Origin: Candidatus Latescibacterota bacterium
GTDB taxonomy: Bacteria > Latescibacterota > UBA2968 > SICM01
Assembly (NCBI GenBank): GCA_965217865.1
Contig: CBDCJO010000002.1
Coordinates: forward strand, 2,272,001-2,336,000
Length of the DNA stretch: 64,000 nt
Reading direction: 5' to 3'
The notes below the pieces were generated by a model. The model searched no databases. It was not told where the DNA came from and saw only the letters and a program-made list of their open reading frames with translations. Shown here in pieces: positions 1 through 11,016 of this stretch. The position numbers and the translations under genes are program-made. The first letter of the stretch is position 1. Every line of letters starts with the position of its first letter.

Positions 1-246
1 GCGATAAAAAGTAAATTCTGGTACGTCGTTAATGGCGAAAGGCCAGAGCATGCTTCTTACGGGCCGGATCTGTGCACGAAACCCCGGGTGAAGAAGAGTC
101 CGAGGTCGGATTCCGGCCCCTTCGAATGATAAAATTCCGCGGTGTGTCTATTTTTCATCAACAATTTTTTTGGAGGTAGGGGTGATTTTAATATATCTTC
201 TGGAGTTGTCCAATCCCCTTCATTAGTTACTGAAAGGATTATCGTC

Positions 247-2262
247 ATGAGTAAAAACCAGGAAAGGTCGAATGAATTCTTAGTTACCGAGCAGGACGGC
301 CTGTTTTTTCCACCCACAGATTTCAGCAAGCGGGCCCATTTCAAGAACCTCGAGGATTACGAGAAGCTCTATCGTGAATCGGTTGAGGATCCGGAGGGAT
401 TCTGGGGGGGGGTTGCAGACGATTTTCACTGGTTCCGAAGATGGGACAGGGTGAGATCTTATAACTTCGATTTAGACAAAGGGCCCATCCAGATCGAATG
501 GTTCAAAGGCGGGCAGACCAACATCACCTACAACTGTCTGGATCGGCATCTCGAGACCCGGGGCGATCAGGTCGCCATCATCTGGGAGGGGAACGAACCG
601 GGTGAGGATAAGAAACTCACTTACCGAGAACTTTACGAAGAGGTTTGCCGCTGCGCTAACGTGCTTAAATCACGAGGTGTGAAAAGAGGGGACAGGGTAT
701 CGATTTATATGCCGATGATCCCTGAGTTGGCCGTAGCGATGCTGGCCTGCGCCCGGATCGGAGCCATACACAGCATCGTATTCGGCGGATTTTCGTCCGA
801 CTCACTGGCCGATCGGATCGTGGACTCGACCTGCCAGGTGGTGTTGACGACGGATGGGATGTTTCGCGGTGATAAGCCCATGCCCCGCAAAGGTCCGGCC
901 GATGAAGCGATGGCTCTGGCGGATCAGAGGATGGGAGGGAAGGTCGTGGAAACCTGCATCGTGGTTCGACGGGTGGGTGAGGGGAAGGGGATCACGTGCG
1001 GTATGAAGGAGGGTCGAGACCTCTGGTGGGACGAAGCCATGGCCCAAGCCGAACCCGAGTGCCCCTGCGAACCGATGGATGCAGAGGACCCGCTTTTCAT
1101 TCTGTATACCTCAGGTTCCACCGGCAAGCCCAAAGGGGTACAGCACAATGTGGGGGGGTACATGGTCTATACTGCTTTTTCCCACAAGTATATTTTCGAC
1201 TACCACGACGGGGACATCTACTTTTGTGCTGCAGACATCGGATGGGTTACGGGACATTCCTACATTATTTATGGCCCCCTTGCAAATGGGGCCACCACCG
1301 TGATGTTTGAAAGCACTCCTCTCTATCCCGAACCCGATCGTTACTGGAGCGTGGTCGATAAATACAGGGTAAACCAGTTTTACACGGCCCCAACGGCCAT
1401 CCGGGCTGTGGCCAGAGAGGGTGATAAATGGCCTGGCAGCCATGACCTTTCCTCACTTCGGTTATTGGGGACGGTGGGCGAACCGATCAACCCGGAGGCA
1501 TGGCTGTGGTACCATCGGAACGTAGGCCGGGGACGCTGTCCGATCGTGGACACCTGGTGGCAAACTGAAACCGGAGGCATCCTGATCACTCCGCTCCCAG
1601 GGAGTATTCCGACAAAACCGGGTTCGGCCACGCTCCCGTATTTCGGAATCAAGCCGGTGGTTATCGACCCTGAAAGCGGGAAAGTCCAGGAGGGAAACGG
1701 GGTGAACGGGGTCCTCGGGATCGCAGAACCCTGGCCCGGTCTAATGCGCACCGTGTACGGGGATCACCGACGGTTCGAAGAGACATACTTCCAAACCTAT
1801 AAGGGATTCTACTTCACCGGAGATGGTTGTCGGCGAGATGAGGACGGCTACTATTGGATCACCGGCCGGGTGGACGATGTGATCAATGTTTCCGGACACC
1901 GAATGGGCACGGCCGAGGTGGAAAGCGCCCTCGTTTCGCATTCAAAGGTTGCTGAAGCAGCGGTGGTCGGGTTTCCTCACGAGATCAAGGGACAGGGGAT
2001 TTATGCCTACGTGACGCTCAACACGGGTGAGGAGTACACGGAGGACCTTCGGAAGGAACTCCAACAGTGGGTGAGAAAGGAGATCGGTCCAATCGCTACG
2101 CCGGATGTGATTCACTGGGCGCCCGGGCTGCCGAAGACGCGTTCTGGGAAGATCATGCGGCGCGTGCTTCGCAAGATCGCCGAACAGGACACCGACTCCC
2201 TGGGAGATATCTCCACCCTGGCCGATCCAGGGGTGGTGGAACAACTGTTGACGAAGAGATAA
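247..2262 (+). CDS. acs: acetate--CoA ligase (AMP-forming acetyl-CoA synthetase)
   Basis: Motifs [38 protein letters not shown] and [11 protein letters not shown]. Start moved to ATG 247 (MSKNQ), which follows GAAAGGA. Confidence 0.96.
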   Translation: MSKNQERSNEFLVTEQDGLFFPPTDFSKRAHFKNLEDYEKLYRESVEDPEGFWGGVADDFHWFRRWDRVRSYNFDLDKGPIQIEWFKGGQTNITYNCLDRHLETRGDQVAIIWEGNEPGEDKKLTYRELYEEVCRCANVLKSRGVKRGDRVSIYMPMIPELAVAMLACARIGAIHSIVFGGFSSDSLADRIVDSTCQVVLTTDGMFRGDKPMPRKGPADEAMALADQRMGGKVVETCIVVRRVGEGKGITCGMKEGRDLWWDEAMAQAEPECPCEPMDAEDPLFILYTSGSTGKPKGVQHNVGGYMVYTAFSHKYIFDYHDGDIYFCAADIGWVTGHSYIIYGPLANGATTVMFESTPLYPEPDRYWSVVDKYRVNQFYTAPTAIRAVAREGDKWPGSHDLSSLRLLGTVGEPINPEAWLWYHRNVGRGRCPIVDTWWQTETGGILITPLPGSIPTKPGSATLPYFGIKPVVIDPESGKVQEGNGVNGVLGIAEPWPGLMRTVYGDHRRFEETYFQTYKGFYFTGDGCRRDEDGYYWITGRVDDVINVSGHRMGTAEVESALVSHSKVAEAAVVGFPHEIKGQGIYAYVTLNTGEEYTEDLRKELQQWVRKEIGPIATPDVIHWAPGLPKTRSGKIMRRVLRKIAEQDTDSLGDISTLADPGVVEQLLTKR

Positions 2263-2607
2263 CAAGAGGTCGCGACGGCTGGGATTCGGGTCAGATCGGA
2301 ACTCAGAGGCCCAGTGCAGAGCAACGGGCCGACGGAGGAGATCCTTCCGCATCCTTCGACTTCGCTCAGGATTTTCGACCAGTGGGTTCAATCCGTCATT
2401 CTCATTCGATGATTCATCCACCCGTTTTTCATAGTTGAGGTGGACCCCATATATACCCTACCTCCTGCTTCCTCCACCCGCATCCCCCACCCCCAGTGAA
2501 CCACTCGGCGCTTCTTCCACCCAAGAAGAAGCGCCCATAAGAACCGCCAGCATCCACGGTCTCGATGACAGGGTGCGGGCTGATCCTCTCTGACAAGGAA
2601 AACCACT

Positions 2608-4011
2608 ATGCCCTCAGACGTGAACTACGCGAGCTGGCCCCTACACGTGGGCCGGCATATCGATGTAGGAGACAGGAAGCAGCTTTTCCTGGACGATGGC
2701 TTTCTCGTGGAGAGAACCGAGGGCGTGCGCTATGTCCTGCACCAGCCGACCCGGCATCCGGATAATCCGCTCATCGTTCCCGACACATCCTGGGAAAGTC
2801 AGGTACAGCTCTACGGCACGGTAATGTGCGATGAGGGAATCCACAAGATGTGGTACACGGTTCGGACGACAAAGTATGGAAAAGACAGCGCCGTACTTGT
2901 TGGTTACGCAACGTCGAAAAACGGTCTCCAGTGGCGCAAGCCCAACCTCGGGATACTTGAGCACGAAGGCTCAGTCGAAAACAACCTTCTCCTGGATCCA
3001 GGTCCGGGAGGCAGCGGGGGAGTGTGCGTTCTGAAAACTCCGTGGGAAGCGGACCCCTCAAGGCTCTACAAGATGCTTTACAAGACCATCGAAGACGGCG
3101 GGGGACTGAAGATCGCTTTCTCCCCGGACGGGATCCGCTGGACCCCCCACCCAGAGACTGTTCTACCGGGTGTCTTCGACACGTTCAACGTCGTCCTCTG
3201 GGACGATCGCCGAGGAAAGTACGTCGCATATCTACGGATTAACCAGAGACCTCGGAAAAGGCAACGGTCCGTCGGACGGATAGAATCAGAGGACTTTATC
3301 CACTGGACGACGCCCGCGATCGTCCTGCGACCCGACGCTCAGGACCCCCCGGATTCCGACCTGTACACCTCGGCGGCTTTCAAGTACGGCGAGGGGGAAA
3401 GCGCTTACTTCATGATGCCCAGCTTCTTCGACTGGAGGCGGGGTCAGCTCTGGGTTCAACTGGCCACCAGCCGGGACGGTGTGAACTGGAGTCGGGCGGG
3501 AAACCGGGAAGGCTTCATCCCGCTGGGCCGGCCGAACAGCTTCGAATCGGATGGCATCTATGCGGGTGTCCCGCCCCTGGTGAAGGACGATCAGCTCTTC
3601 ATATACTACCACGGGACCAATCAGCTCCACTGGAGCGGCATGGGCCGGGGTATTGGTCATACCACCGGGATATGTGTTGCGACGTTGCGTCTTGACGGCT
3701 TCATATCGATAGATGCAGGCGAGCATCCCGCCGGGGGAACGGTTACGACGGTGCCGATACAGTTCTGCGGTTCGCATCTCGAGATCAACGCCGATGCAAT
3801 CTGGGGGGAAATCCGGGTAGAGGTCCTTGACGAAAACCGCGAAGTCATTCCGGGTTTTGGTCGTTCTGAATGCACTCCTGTCATCGGTGATTCTGTCCGC
3901 CATCGACTGGTGTGGGAAGGCGGAGACCTGAGCGCACTCGCTGGTACGGCGGTGAAGCTGCGCTTTTTCCTGCGTTGTGCAAGGCTCTATGCTTTTCAGT
4001 TCAAGGCGTGA
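2608..4011 (+). CDS. putative glycosidase, five-bladed beta-propeller (GH32/GH43/GH130-like) with C-terminal beta-sandwich
   Basis: KQLFLDD N-terminus, SxDGxxW repeats, LRLDGFISI and LYAFQF tail. Paralog of 4032 and 8628. RBS AAGGA. Confidence 0.7.
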   Translation: MPSDVNYASWPLHVGRHIDVGDRKQLFLDDGFLVERTEGVRYVLHQPTRHPDNPLIVPDTSWESQVQLYGTVMCDEGIHKMWYTVRTTKYGKDSAVLVGYATSKNGLQWRKPNLGILEHEGSVENNLLLDPGPGGSGGVCVLKTPWEADPSRLYKMLYKTIEDGGGLKIAFSPDGIRWTPHPETVLPGVFDTFNVVLWDDRRGKYVAYLRINQRPRKRQRSVGRIESEDFIHWTTPAIVLRPDAQDPPDSDLYTSAAFKYGEGESAYFMMPSFFDWRRGQLWVQLATSRDGVNWSRAGNREGFIPLGRPNSFESDGIYAGVPPLVKDDQLFIYYHGTNQLHWSGMGRGIGHTTGICVATLRLDGFISIDAGEHPAGGTVTTVPIQFCGSHLEINADAIWGEIRVEVLDENREVIPGFGRSECTPVIGDSVRHRLVWEGGDLSALAGTAVKLRFFLRCARLYAFQFKA

Positions 4012-4031
4012 AGCCAGGAAAAAAATAGGAT

Positions 4032-5669
4032 ATGCCGTCCAGACCGATCGCAGCAGGTTCACGACGTCAGCTCTTTGTCGATGACCATATCGTGGAGCGC
4101 ACAGAAGATGTCCAGCGACGATTTCACCGGCCGGTCCGGTATACGGGCAACCCCGTCATCCGCGCGGACCAGCCGTGGGAGCAGGGTGAGAATGGGGTCT
4201 ATCTGTTCGGGGGTACGGTGCTTTTTGACGAGGAGGAGCAGATCTTCAAGATGTGGTACCGGGCGGCCGGGACCGTCGAGTCCGGGGCCGGGGAAGAGGA
4301 ACAGGGTCTGTACAAGGCATGCTACGCCGTTTCAGCGGACGGGCTGAACTGGGAGAAGCCGGATCTGGGACTGGTCTCGTACCGAGGATCAACGCAAAAC
4401 AATATCCTTCCTCCAGACCCGAGCGGGATGGAACAGATCAGGCGACCCAATATCATCAAGGACTACGAGGAAACCGATCTTGATAAGCGCTATAAGATGC
4501 TCTACATGGATTGTATCGATGGCCGGTGGGCACTTGCAAAGGGATATTCTCGTGATGGTGTTCACTGGCGCATGAACGCGGCGGAACCAACATACCTCAA
4601 AGGAAGCGCGGCCAACGGCATCCTCTTCGGATGGGATCCGAGGCGTAAAAAATTTGCCCATTTCCACCGCATTGGGAAGCAGGTTCCAGCAGATGTTGAC
4701 GGGCGGAACGCGCGTTCGATAGTCGCTGTCGTGTGTTCTACCAGCAAGGACTTTGTAACGTGGGGTGATACCCGGGACGTGCTCCGAGCGGAGCCGAACG
4801 ATCCGCCCGGATGGAATCCGACCCACGGCGCCTTTGCCGCCATCCTCTACACCGATGATCTCTATATCGGTTCCACCGATACGTGCACGCCCCACTGTGT
4901 AGAGGACGTGCCTGAAGGACTGTGGGACAACGTCTACAGGGGGGAGTTCGCCGAGTACAGGACCGAGCTTGTCATCAGCAGGGACGGAGACAACTGGGTT
5001 CGTGTTGCGCCACGCTGGGAGTTTTTGCAGCCCGGGCTCTGGGGGGCCTGGGATCACGACCACGTGCAGCTGGCCAAGCCGATCGTGCGGGACGACGAGA
5101 TCCTGATCTACTATACCGGGAGCAATCTTCCCATGAGCGTGGGGTCTCCAGAGCATCCCCAACATGCGCTGGCGAACAAGGTGATCAAGGGGGCGCGGAT
5201 GGGTCACGCGGTCGGCCTTGCCCGGATGCGTCTGGACGGCTTTGTATCCATGGATGGTTACGCACCCGGGGGGACGCTCACAACCCGGCTTATGACCTTT
5301 ACGGGAAATCGTCTGGTGGTCAACGCCCGAGTACCGGAAAAACCCTTCGGGTCGTACTCAAAAAGGCAGAGGCCTTATGGAAAGCTGCGCGTGGAGGTCC
5401 TCGATGCAGAGGGCCGGCCTCAGGCGGGATACAGTTCGGCAGATTGCGATGCCTTCACCGGGGACGAGGTCCGGCAGGGTGTTACCTGGAAGGGCAAATC
5501 GGAGCTGGGCAAATTGGCCAGCGAACCGATCCGCTTGAAATTCTATCTCGACAACGCGGCGCTCTACTCCTTCATGTTCGTGGGAGATGAGACGTTGCCG
5601 GAGCCGATGAACCTCCTGTGCCCGGGATGCCGAGGTCGTCCAGGACCGGGGGAAACGGGGATGGTTTGA
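4032..5669 (+). CDS. putative beta-propeller glycosidase, paralog 2
   Basis: RQLFVDD, SxDGxxW repeats, MRLDGFVS, LYSFMF. Starts 20 bp after the previous gene. Confidence 0.7.
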   Translation: MPSRPIAAGSRRQLFVDDHIVERTEDVQRRFHRPVRYTGNPVIRADQPWEQGENGVYLFGGTVLFDEEEQIFKMWYRAAGTVESGAGEEEQGLYKACYAVSADGLNWEKPDLGLVSYRGSTQNNILPPDPSGMEQIRRPNIIKDYEETDLDKRYKMLYMDCIDGRWALAKGYSRDGVHWRMNAAEPTYLKGSAANGILFGWDPRRKKFAHFHRIGKQVPADVDGRNARSIVAVVCSTSKDFVTWGDTRDVLRAEPNDPPGWNPTHGAFAAILYTDDLYIGSTDTCTPHCVEDVPEGLWDNVYRGEFAEYRTELVISRDGDNWVRVAPRWEFLQPGLWGAWDHDHVQLAKPIVRDDEILIYYTGSNLPMSVGSPEHPQHALANKVIKGARMGHAVGLARMRLDGFVSMDGYAPGGTLTTRLMTFTGNRLVVNARVPEKPFGSYSKRQRPYGKLRVEVLDAEGRPQAGYSSADCDAFTGDEVRQGVTWKGKSELGKLASEPIRLKFYLDNAALYSFMFVGDETLPEPMNLLCPGCRGRPGPGETGMV

Positions 5670-5730
5670 ATCTCGAAGAGGTAGCAAAAGAATGTGGAAG
5701 ATGGTTATTGATCACGGACCGTAATCCCAA

Positions 5731-6519
5731 ATGGTATCGAGACAATATATAGAAGAGGCCTGGACGCGATTTAGCGTCACGGTGGGTGATGAATCGGTGT
5801 TGTGTAATTTTAACGGCGATCCGGGCAGTGGAGGGGACGCGACGCTGTGCGTCATTCCCACTCAGGCCATGCGGGTGGTCGAGGATCCCGTGAGCATGAA
5901 GGAGAAGCCCAACGTCATGACCCAGTGGCTGGACCGGCTTACCGCAGCCGGGGCCAGCACCCTCCTGGTCCACGGCAAGTGGTTTGACGATCTGTGGAAA
6001 CTTGCGGACCTGGTTCGTGCTGGGCAGGACGCATTTGCCGGAATGGAGAAGCGGATCAGGATCGCAATAAACGAATCGCTTAATCGAGGCTATGTCAAGC
6101 CGGGCAAGATCCTGGTCATGGGCAGTTCTCGCCACGGGTTTGCGATCCTGCACGCCATGGCCAACAACCCCGTCATCAACGGGGCCATCGCACACCAGCC
6201 GATCGTGCACTGGCCGTACATGAAAGAGTTTCACGGGATGGACGACGATCCGATTATCGAGAAGAACAGCCTGTACCAGTGGGCTGAACGGTTCGTTCCC
6301 CGACCTGTCCTTATTCAGACGGGGTACGCAGACGAGCGGGTGGGTTCCAACTGGCTACAAAAACTAATAGACGCCATGGCAGCGGCCTATAGAACTGAAG
6401 GCGCAGAGGCGAGATTCTGCCACGATTTAATGGATCTCCCCGGCCACGACGGCACTCGCATACCGGACTGGGCACTCGACAGTGTGGTTCGATGGCCTGC
6501 TGGGCAGGGGCTGTTGTGA
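5731..6519 (+). CDS. alpha/beta-fold hydrolase
   Basis: Nucleophile-elbow-like MGSSRHG, acid in GYADERV, His in PGHD. Confidence 0.6.
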   Translation: MVSRQYIEEAWTRFSVTVGDESVLCNFNGDPGSGGDATLCVIPTQAMRVVEDPVSMKEKPNVMTQWLDRLTAAGASTLLVHGKWFDDLWKLADLVRAGQDAFAGMEKRIRIAINESLNRGYVKPGKILVMGSSRHGFAILHAMANNPVINGAIAHQPIVHWPYMKEFHGMDDDPIIEKNSLYQWAERFVPRPVLIQTGYADERVGSNWLQKLIDAMAAAYRTEGAEARFCHDLMDLPGHDGTRIPDWALDSVVRWPAGQGLL

Positions 6520-6712
6520 AATGGAAATGAAAAATAAAAAATGTAAATTGCAAAATGCAAAAGTCAGGGGTCAGAAGTCGGAGGCCAGGGAAAGAAAACG
6601 TGAGACGTGAGATGTGAGACGTGAGATGGGAAAGGCAGTAGCAGTTGGCAGTGGCAGGAAAGGCAAAGGCAGGGGTCTGAAGTCGGAGGTCAGGGAAAGA
6701 AAAAGCAAAACC
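6518..6712 (+). repeat. mosaic short-word intergenic repeat tract
   Basis: Runs of AAAATGC/AAATTGC, TCAGGGG/TCGGAGG, TGAGAYG x4 and GCAGTR directly after the stop codon. Confidence 0.85.
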
Positions 6713-6784
6713 GGTAGTGAGGGAGCAAGCCGTGATTCACCTTCCACCTATCGCCGAGCGAAAACGGCGCTAGTTAGGTCAACG

Positions 6785-6960
6785 CCCTCATCCCCTGTAT
6801 CCCCCTTCTCCCGTCCTTCGACGAGCTCAGGACAGGCTCCGCAGGAGAAGGGGACGATGACATTCGTTTTTTATATATTAGAATCACGCCTTTCCCTTCA
6901 TAAAACAATTAGATCATTTCGATCTTCTCCTCCTCCCGCTACCCGGGAGAAAGGTTCCGA
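6785..6960. repeat. REP-like palindromic elements
   Basis: CCCCTTCTCC...GGAGAAGGGG stem enclosing CCTTCGACGAGCTCAGGA (similar CCTTCGACTTCGCTCAGGA near 2353). Second stem CTCCCG-CTACC-CGGGAG. Confidence 0.5.
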
Positions 6961-7010
6961 GCTTGGAAGGCGCTGACAATGTCATCGATTAACCGATTAC
7001 TGCCCACTAG

Positions 7011-8536
7011 CAGCCTGTTGAAAAAGTGCGTTTATGCCAAGATGACTGTTGTCTTTCCTTGTGGTTTGGTCCTATGATATATCAGGTTCAAACTGAGAAG
7101 GGAGGACGAGCAAATGGCAATGGGAAAACGAGGACGACAGAGACAGGAAAACCTGTTCATCGCATCGAACACTTTGGTGAAATCTCCGGGTCATCCGTTC
7201 TACGAGAAGCTGAATCAGGTATTGGGGGCGAACGGCTTCGACGAGTTCGTCGAGGGGCTTTGCCAGCGGTATTACGCTCCTCATATGGGTCGCAAGGGCA
7301 TTCCGCCCGGGGTTTATTTTCGGATGCTTTTGATTGGGTATTTCGAGGGACTTGATTCGGAACGTGGGATCGAATGGCGTGTATCTGACTCGCTGACGTT
7401 GCGCCGGTTTTTGGGGTATGCCCTTGACGAACAGACCCCGGATCATTCCAGCCTGTCTCGCATCCGGCATCGGCTTCCCTTGGAAGTTCACGAAGCGGTT
7501 TTCAAGTGGATCCTGAGGGTCTTGTGCAAAGCGGGTCTGGTGAAGGGGAAGACGTTGGGCGTGGATGCTACGACACTGGAGGCCAACGCCGCGATGCGCA
7601 GCATTGTACGCCGTGACACGGGTGAAGGCTACCAGGCATTCCTTGAGAATCTGGCCAAGGCCTCGGGCATTGAAACGCCTACCCGCGAGGACTTGTCCAA
7701 GATCGATAAGAAGCGACCGAAGAAGGGATCGAACCAGGACTGGGAGCACCCGCACGACCCGGATGCCAAGATCGCTAAGATGAAGGACGGTCGCACGCAC
7801 ATGGCGCACAAGGTGGAGCACGCGGTGGATCTGGACACCAATGCCATTGTGGCAGTGGCGTTGTCGGGAGCAGATGAAGGAGATACCGAGTCGTTGCCCT
7901 GGACGCTGCTCGAGGCGCAGCTCAATCTCAAGCAGGTCGCGAAGGACGAAAAAGCTGCCAAACGTTTGCACAGACAGCGTATACGGGAGGTGGTTGCGGA
8001 CAAAGGATATCATAGCAACGATGTATTGACCAGTCTGAAGCAAGGCGGCATCCGGAGTTACATTTCAGAACCGGATCGGGGACGCCGCAAGTGGAACGGC
8101 CGACGAGATGAGCAGGCCGCGGTATATGCGAATCGACGCCGGATCAAGGGAGATCGCGGCAAGGCCTTGCGCCGAAGTCGTGCAGAACGGGTGGAAAGAA
8201 CCATCGCTCACACATATGATACCGGTGGCATGCGCAGGTTGCACTTGAGAGACCGCGGCAATATCCTCAAGCGTTTGCTGATCCACATCGGGGGCTGCAA
8301 CCTGGCTCTGCTCATGCGCAAAGTGATGGGCGTAGGTACTCCGAAGGCCCTCCAGGACCTGGCCAAGGCCTTGCAGCGTCTACTGCTCGTCCTACAATCA
8401 CGTTTGCTGCCCTCGGTCACCTTTTTAACCTCTTATCAGCGTCTCCTGCTCAATCTCCTTACCTTGATTTATCCGACCCGCACTCCAGGCGTCTTTTCCG
8501 TTTATGTGCGTTGAAAGGTAGTTCTTCAACGGGCTG
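7011..8536 (+). mobile_element. IS1182/IS5-like insertion sequence, copy 1 (1526 bp)
   Basis: Terminal IRs CAGCCTGTTGAAAAA and TTCTTCAACGGGCTG. CTAG duplication at 7007-7010 and 8537-8540. Near-identical copy at 60094. Confidence 0.93.
7114..8514 (+). CDS. DDE transposase (IS1182-like)
   Basis: TPDHSSLSRIR, GVDATTLEANA, HDPDA, VADKGY, VERTIAH. Confidence 0.92.
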   Translation: MAMGKRGRQRQENLFIASNTLVKSPGHPFYEKLNQVLGANGFDEFVEGLCQRYYAPHMGRKGIPPGVYFRMLLIGYFEGLDSERGIEWRVSDSLTLRRFLGYALDEQTPDHSSLSRIRHRLPLEVHEAVFKWILRVLCKAGLVKGKTLGVDATTLEANAAMRSIVRRDTGEGYQAFLENLAKASGIETPTREDLSKIDKKRPKKGSNQDWEHPHDPDAKIAKMKDGRTHMAHKVEHAVDLDTNAIVAVALSGADEGDTESLPWTLLEAQLNLKQVAKDEKAAKRLHRQRIREVVADKGYHSNDVLTSLKQGGIRSYISEPDRGRRKWNGRRDEQAAVYANRRRIKGDRGKALRRSRAERVERTIAHTYDTGGMRRLHLRDRGNILKRLLIHIGGCNLALLMRKVMGVGTPKALQDLAKALQRLLLVLQSRLLPSVTFLTSYQRLLLNLLTLIYPTRTPGVFSVYVR

Positions 8537-8627
8537 CTAGGCTGCTGGCCCTCCCGGAACCAGGTAAAATTGCAAAATGAAACGTCGAATTGGTTCATAG
8601 AAAATCTACAAACGAAAGTCATTGGCA

Positions 8628-10016
8628 ATGGACGATAGATCTCCGGAAGATATTGGTACAGACCGCCAGCTTTTTGTGGATAACTTCTGGATTGCTGAGG
8701 CGAGAGACGTAACGAGAACTCTGCACCATCCTGAACGCAAAGAGGTCGCGATCGCCGGAGAGCATCCCTGGGAACAGAGGGCCATCGGCTGCGCGGGCTT
8801 CATGCACGATGGCGACCGGTTCCGGGCCTGGTACCGCTGCGCGGTGGATGAGGCCAGCACTTACTGTACGGCGTACGCAGAGAGCATTGACGGCATCCAC
8901 TGGGAGAAACCGAAACTGGGTCTCTTCGAATTCGGCGGCTCGAAGGAAAACAACCTCGTGTGGATGGGGCCGGGCACCAATCTCGCGCCATTCCGTGACC
9001 CCAACCCCGATGTTCCCGACGACGAACGCTACAAGGGGGTGGCGCGGACCGAGGGCTCGATGGGGAGCGAAACCCTGCTGGCCCTGGCCTCCCCCGACGG
9101 CATTCGCTGGCGGTTGAATCAGGAAGCCCCGATTCTCACGGAAGGCCCCTACGACTCACCCAACGTCTCCTTCTGGGACGACCGGCGGCGCGAATACGTG
9201 GCCTACGTCCGTGGCATTATTGGCTGTGGAACCCCCGGCAAGCGGAAGAAGGACATTAGTATCTGGAAAGAGGGCGTTCGCTGGATCCGGCGTTCGACTT
9301 CCAGGGATTTCCGTCAATGGACAAAGCCGGAGTTGATCCAGGTGGCAGAGACGTCCACCATAGATCACTATTCTAACGCCTCTATTCTCTACGATCGCGC
9401 ACCCGGCATGTACCTGATTTTTTCATCACGCTTCAACGTTGAACGCCAACCCGATCCGGAACATCCAGACTCCGGGGTCAGCGACATCGTCTTCATGTCC
9501 AGCCGCGACGGGCTGCACTTCGACAGCAGCTTCAGGGAGGCATTCATCCGCCCCGGTCTCGACAAGAACAACTGGCACGACCGCGGTGTCTATATCGAGC
9601 GCGGCATCCTGCACACAACACCAGGCGAGATCTCATTATACGGCATGGAAAACTCTCATTTGGCGACCGTACGCATCCGGCGCTATGCCCTGCGCACCGA
9701 CGGCTTTGTGTCCGTTCGCGCCGGATACGAAGGCGGTGGGTTCATAACCCGGCCGCTCATCTTCTCCGGAAAATCCATGGAACTCAACTACTCCACTTCG
9801 GCGGTTGGCAGTGTGCATGTTGAAATCCAGGACATTAACGGCAATCCGCAAACCGGCTTTACCCTGGACGATTGCCCAGAGATGTTCGCCGACAAAATTG
9901 AAGGCGCGGTTGCCTGGAAAGGAGGAAGCGACGTGAGCGCGCTGGCGGGAAAACCCGTCCGCCTTCATTTCACCCTGAACGACGCGGATATTTACGCCTT
10001 CAAGTTTAACAGTTGA
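8628..10016 (+). CDS. putative beta-propeller glycosidase, paralog 3
   Basis: RQLFVDN, SxDGxxW repeats, LRTDGFVSV, IYAFKF. Confidence 0.7.
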   Translation: MDDRSPEDIGTDRQLFVDNFWIAEARDVTRTLHHPERKEVAIAGEHPWEQRAIGCAGFMHDGDRFRAWYRCAVDEASTYCTAYAESIDGIHWEKPKLGLFEFGGSKENNLVWMGPGTNLAPFRDPNPDVPDDERYKGVARTEGSMGSETLLALASPDGIRWRLNQEAPILTEGPYDSPNVSFWDDRRREYVAYVRGIIGCGTPGKRKKDISIWKEGVRWIRRSTSRDFRQWTKPELIQVAETSTIDHYSNASILYDRAPGMYLIFSSRFNVERQPDPEHPDSGVSDIVFMSSRDGLHFDSSFREAFIRPGLDKNNWHDRGVYIERGILHTTPGEISLYGMENSHLATVRIRRYALRTDGFVSVRAGYEGGGFITRPLIFSGKSMELNYSTSAVGSVHVEIQDINGNPQTGFTLDDCPEMFADKIEGAVAWKGGSDVSALAGKPVRLHFTLNDADIYAFKFNS

Positions 10017-10262
10017 GTCAGGGGTCGGAGGTCAGGGGTCAGGGAAAGCAGGGTAAGAGGTCGGGGGAAAGCAGGATCAGGGGCCAGTGGAATTGAAGAT
10101 TGAAAGCGCAACTGAGCCAGTAGCAGTGGCAGTGGCAGGGAAAGCAAAGGAAGTGAGGGCCAGAAGTCGGGAAAGGCAAGAGAAAAGCATGGTCAGGGGC
10201 TGGAGACCAGAGGTCGGGGGAAGGCAAAAACAGTAGCAGTGGCGAGGTGGCAGGAAAAAGCA
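10017..10262 (+). repeat. mosaic short-word intergenic repeat tract
   Basis: TCAGGGG/TCGGAGG, GATTGAA and GCAGTR words, purine-rich on the sense strand of the upstream gene. Confidence 0.85.
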
Positions 10263-10299
10263 AGCCACCCCATATAGGGGAGGTCGTTGTCATTCTCTA

Positions 10300-10575
10300 T
10301 CAGGTGGTTTTCGGCTTCCCTTCGCATGCAAACCGATTGTAGACCCAGGCAAAAATCAGACCGCCGATGGCGCCGTCGATCAGGCCGTAGAGCGTTCCCA
10401 CGATCACACTTCTACCACCGGTTCCGGCGTGGTATCCGGGATAGATCGAGTCCACGATTTGAAGAAAACCTAGGGCATAAGACGGCCAGATAACATTCGC
10501 GATCCCCAAGAGGAGGATCGACCCCCCCCAGATGATCCCGGCCGTTATGGCGAGGGACTTGATTGAGAGTTTCAT
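10300..10575 (-). CDS. small two-TM membrane protein
   Basis: 91 aa with two hydrophobic segments, SIYPGY loop and DGAIGGLIFAWVYN end. RBS AGGAGG. Confidence 0.75.
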   Translation of the reverse strand: MKLSIKSLAITAGIIWGGSILLLGIANVIWPSYALGFLQIVDSIYPGYHAGTGGRSVIVGTLYGLIDGAIGGLIFAWVYNRFACEGKPKTT

Positions 10576-10818
10576 CTTTCGGCCTCCTGTTAAAGGTCAT
10601 ACCACGGGGCCAACTGCCAATGCTTGTGTCAGATGATAATACGATCAAAAAAGTTTGAAGCAAACAAAAAGATTGAAGCATGAAGGGCCAAGGTGGCGAT
10701 TGGTTTCTCAGCATCCTGGATCATGGTCTATTTTTTCGATGATCGGATATAAGATTTAAAAATAGGGTTTTAGAAAGTGATAAGTTAATTTATAATTAGT
10801 ATATTATAAATTATATCC

Positions 10819-10842
10819 AATTTTCCACGCGTGTGGAAAATT
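10819..10842. promoter_or_regulatory. 24-bp palindromic operator-like site in an AT-rich divergent intergenic region
   Basis: AATTTTCCACGC-GTGTGGAAAATT, with one mismatched pair. Confidence 0.5.
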
Positions 10843-11016
10843 CAACTTGAACTCTCATTGGGTACACAATCTCTTTGGTTATTGATAAAGTGCGCGGTAA
10901 GACGATTCAAATTTTCTCCGCTTTACCATCATTTTTCATTACCTTATAGGGCTCAAAAAAGAAAGTTCCCTTGGCGTTTAGCCAAAATCGAGAATAGCAA
11001 TTGAGAAGAGGGAAAA

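Noticed and set aside
6614-6976. 120-aa ORF and similar ORFs over repeat tracts (10039, 25265, 32183, 35567)
   Set aside because: Translations such as LTSDL, ATATA and EVRGQ merely reflect the 6-7-nt repeats. No RBS or family motifs.
7072-8043. 323-aa antisense ORF in the IS (also 60115-61122)
   Set aside because: Shadow frame of the transposase in GC-rich DNA, with no recognisable motifs.
10300-10575. Phage holin / prophage
   Set aside because: Resembles small proteins sometimes labelled holin, but no phage genes occur in the window.
10740-10980. oriC candidate (AT-rich, TGTGGAAAA resembles a DnaA box)
   Set aside because: Only one or two box-like matches, which form a palindrome, and no dnaA/dnaN-type context.
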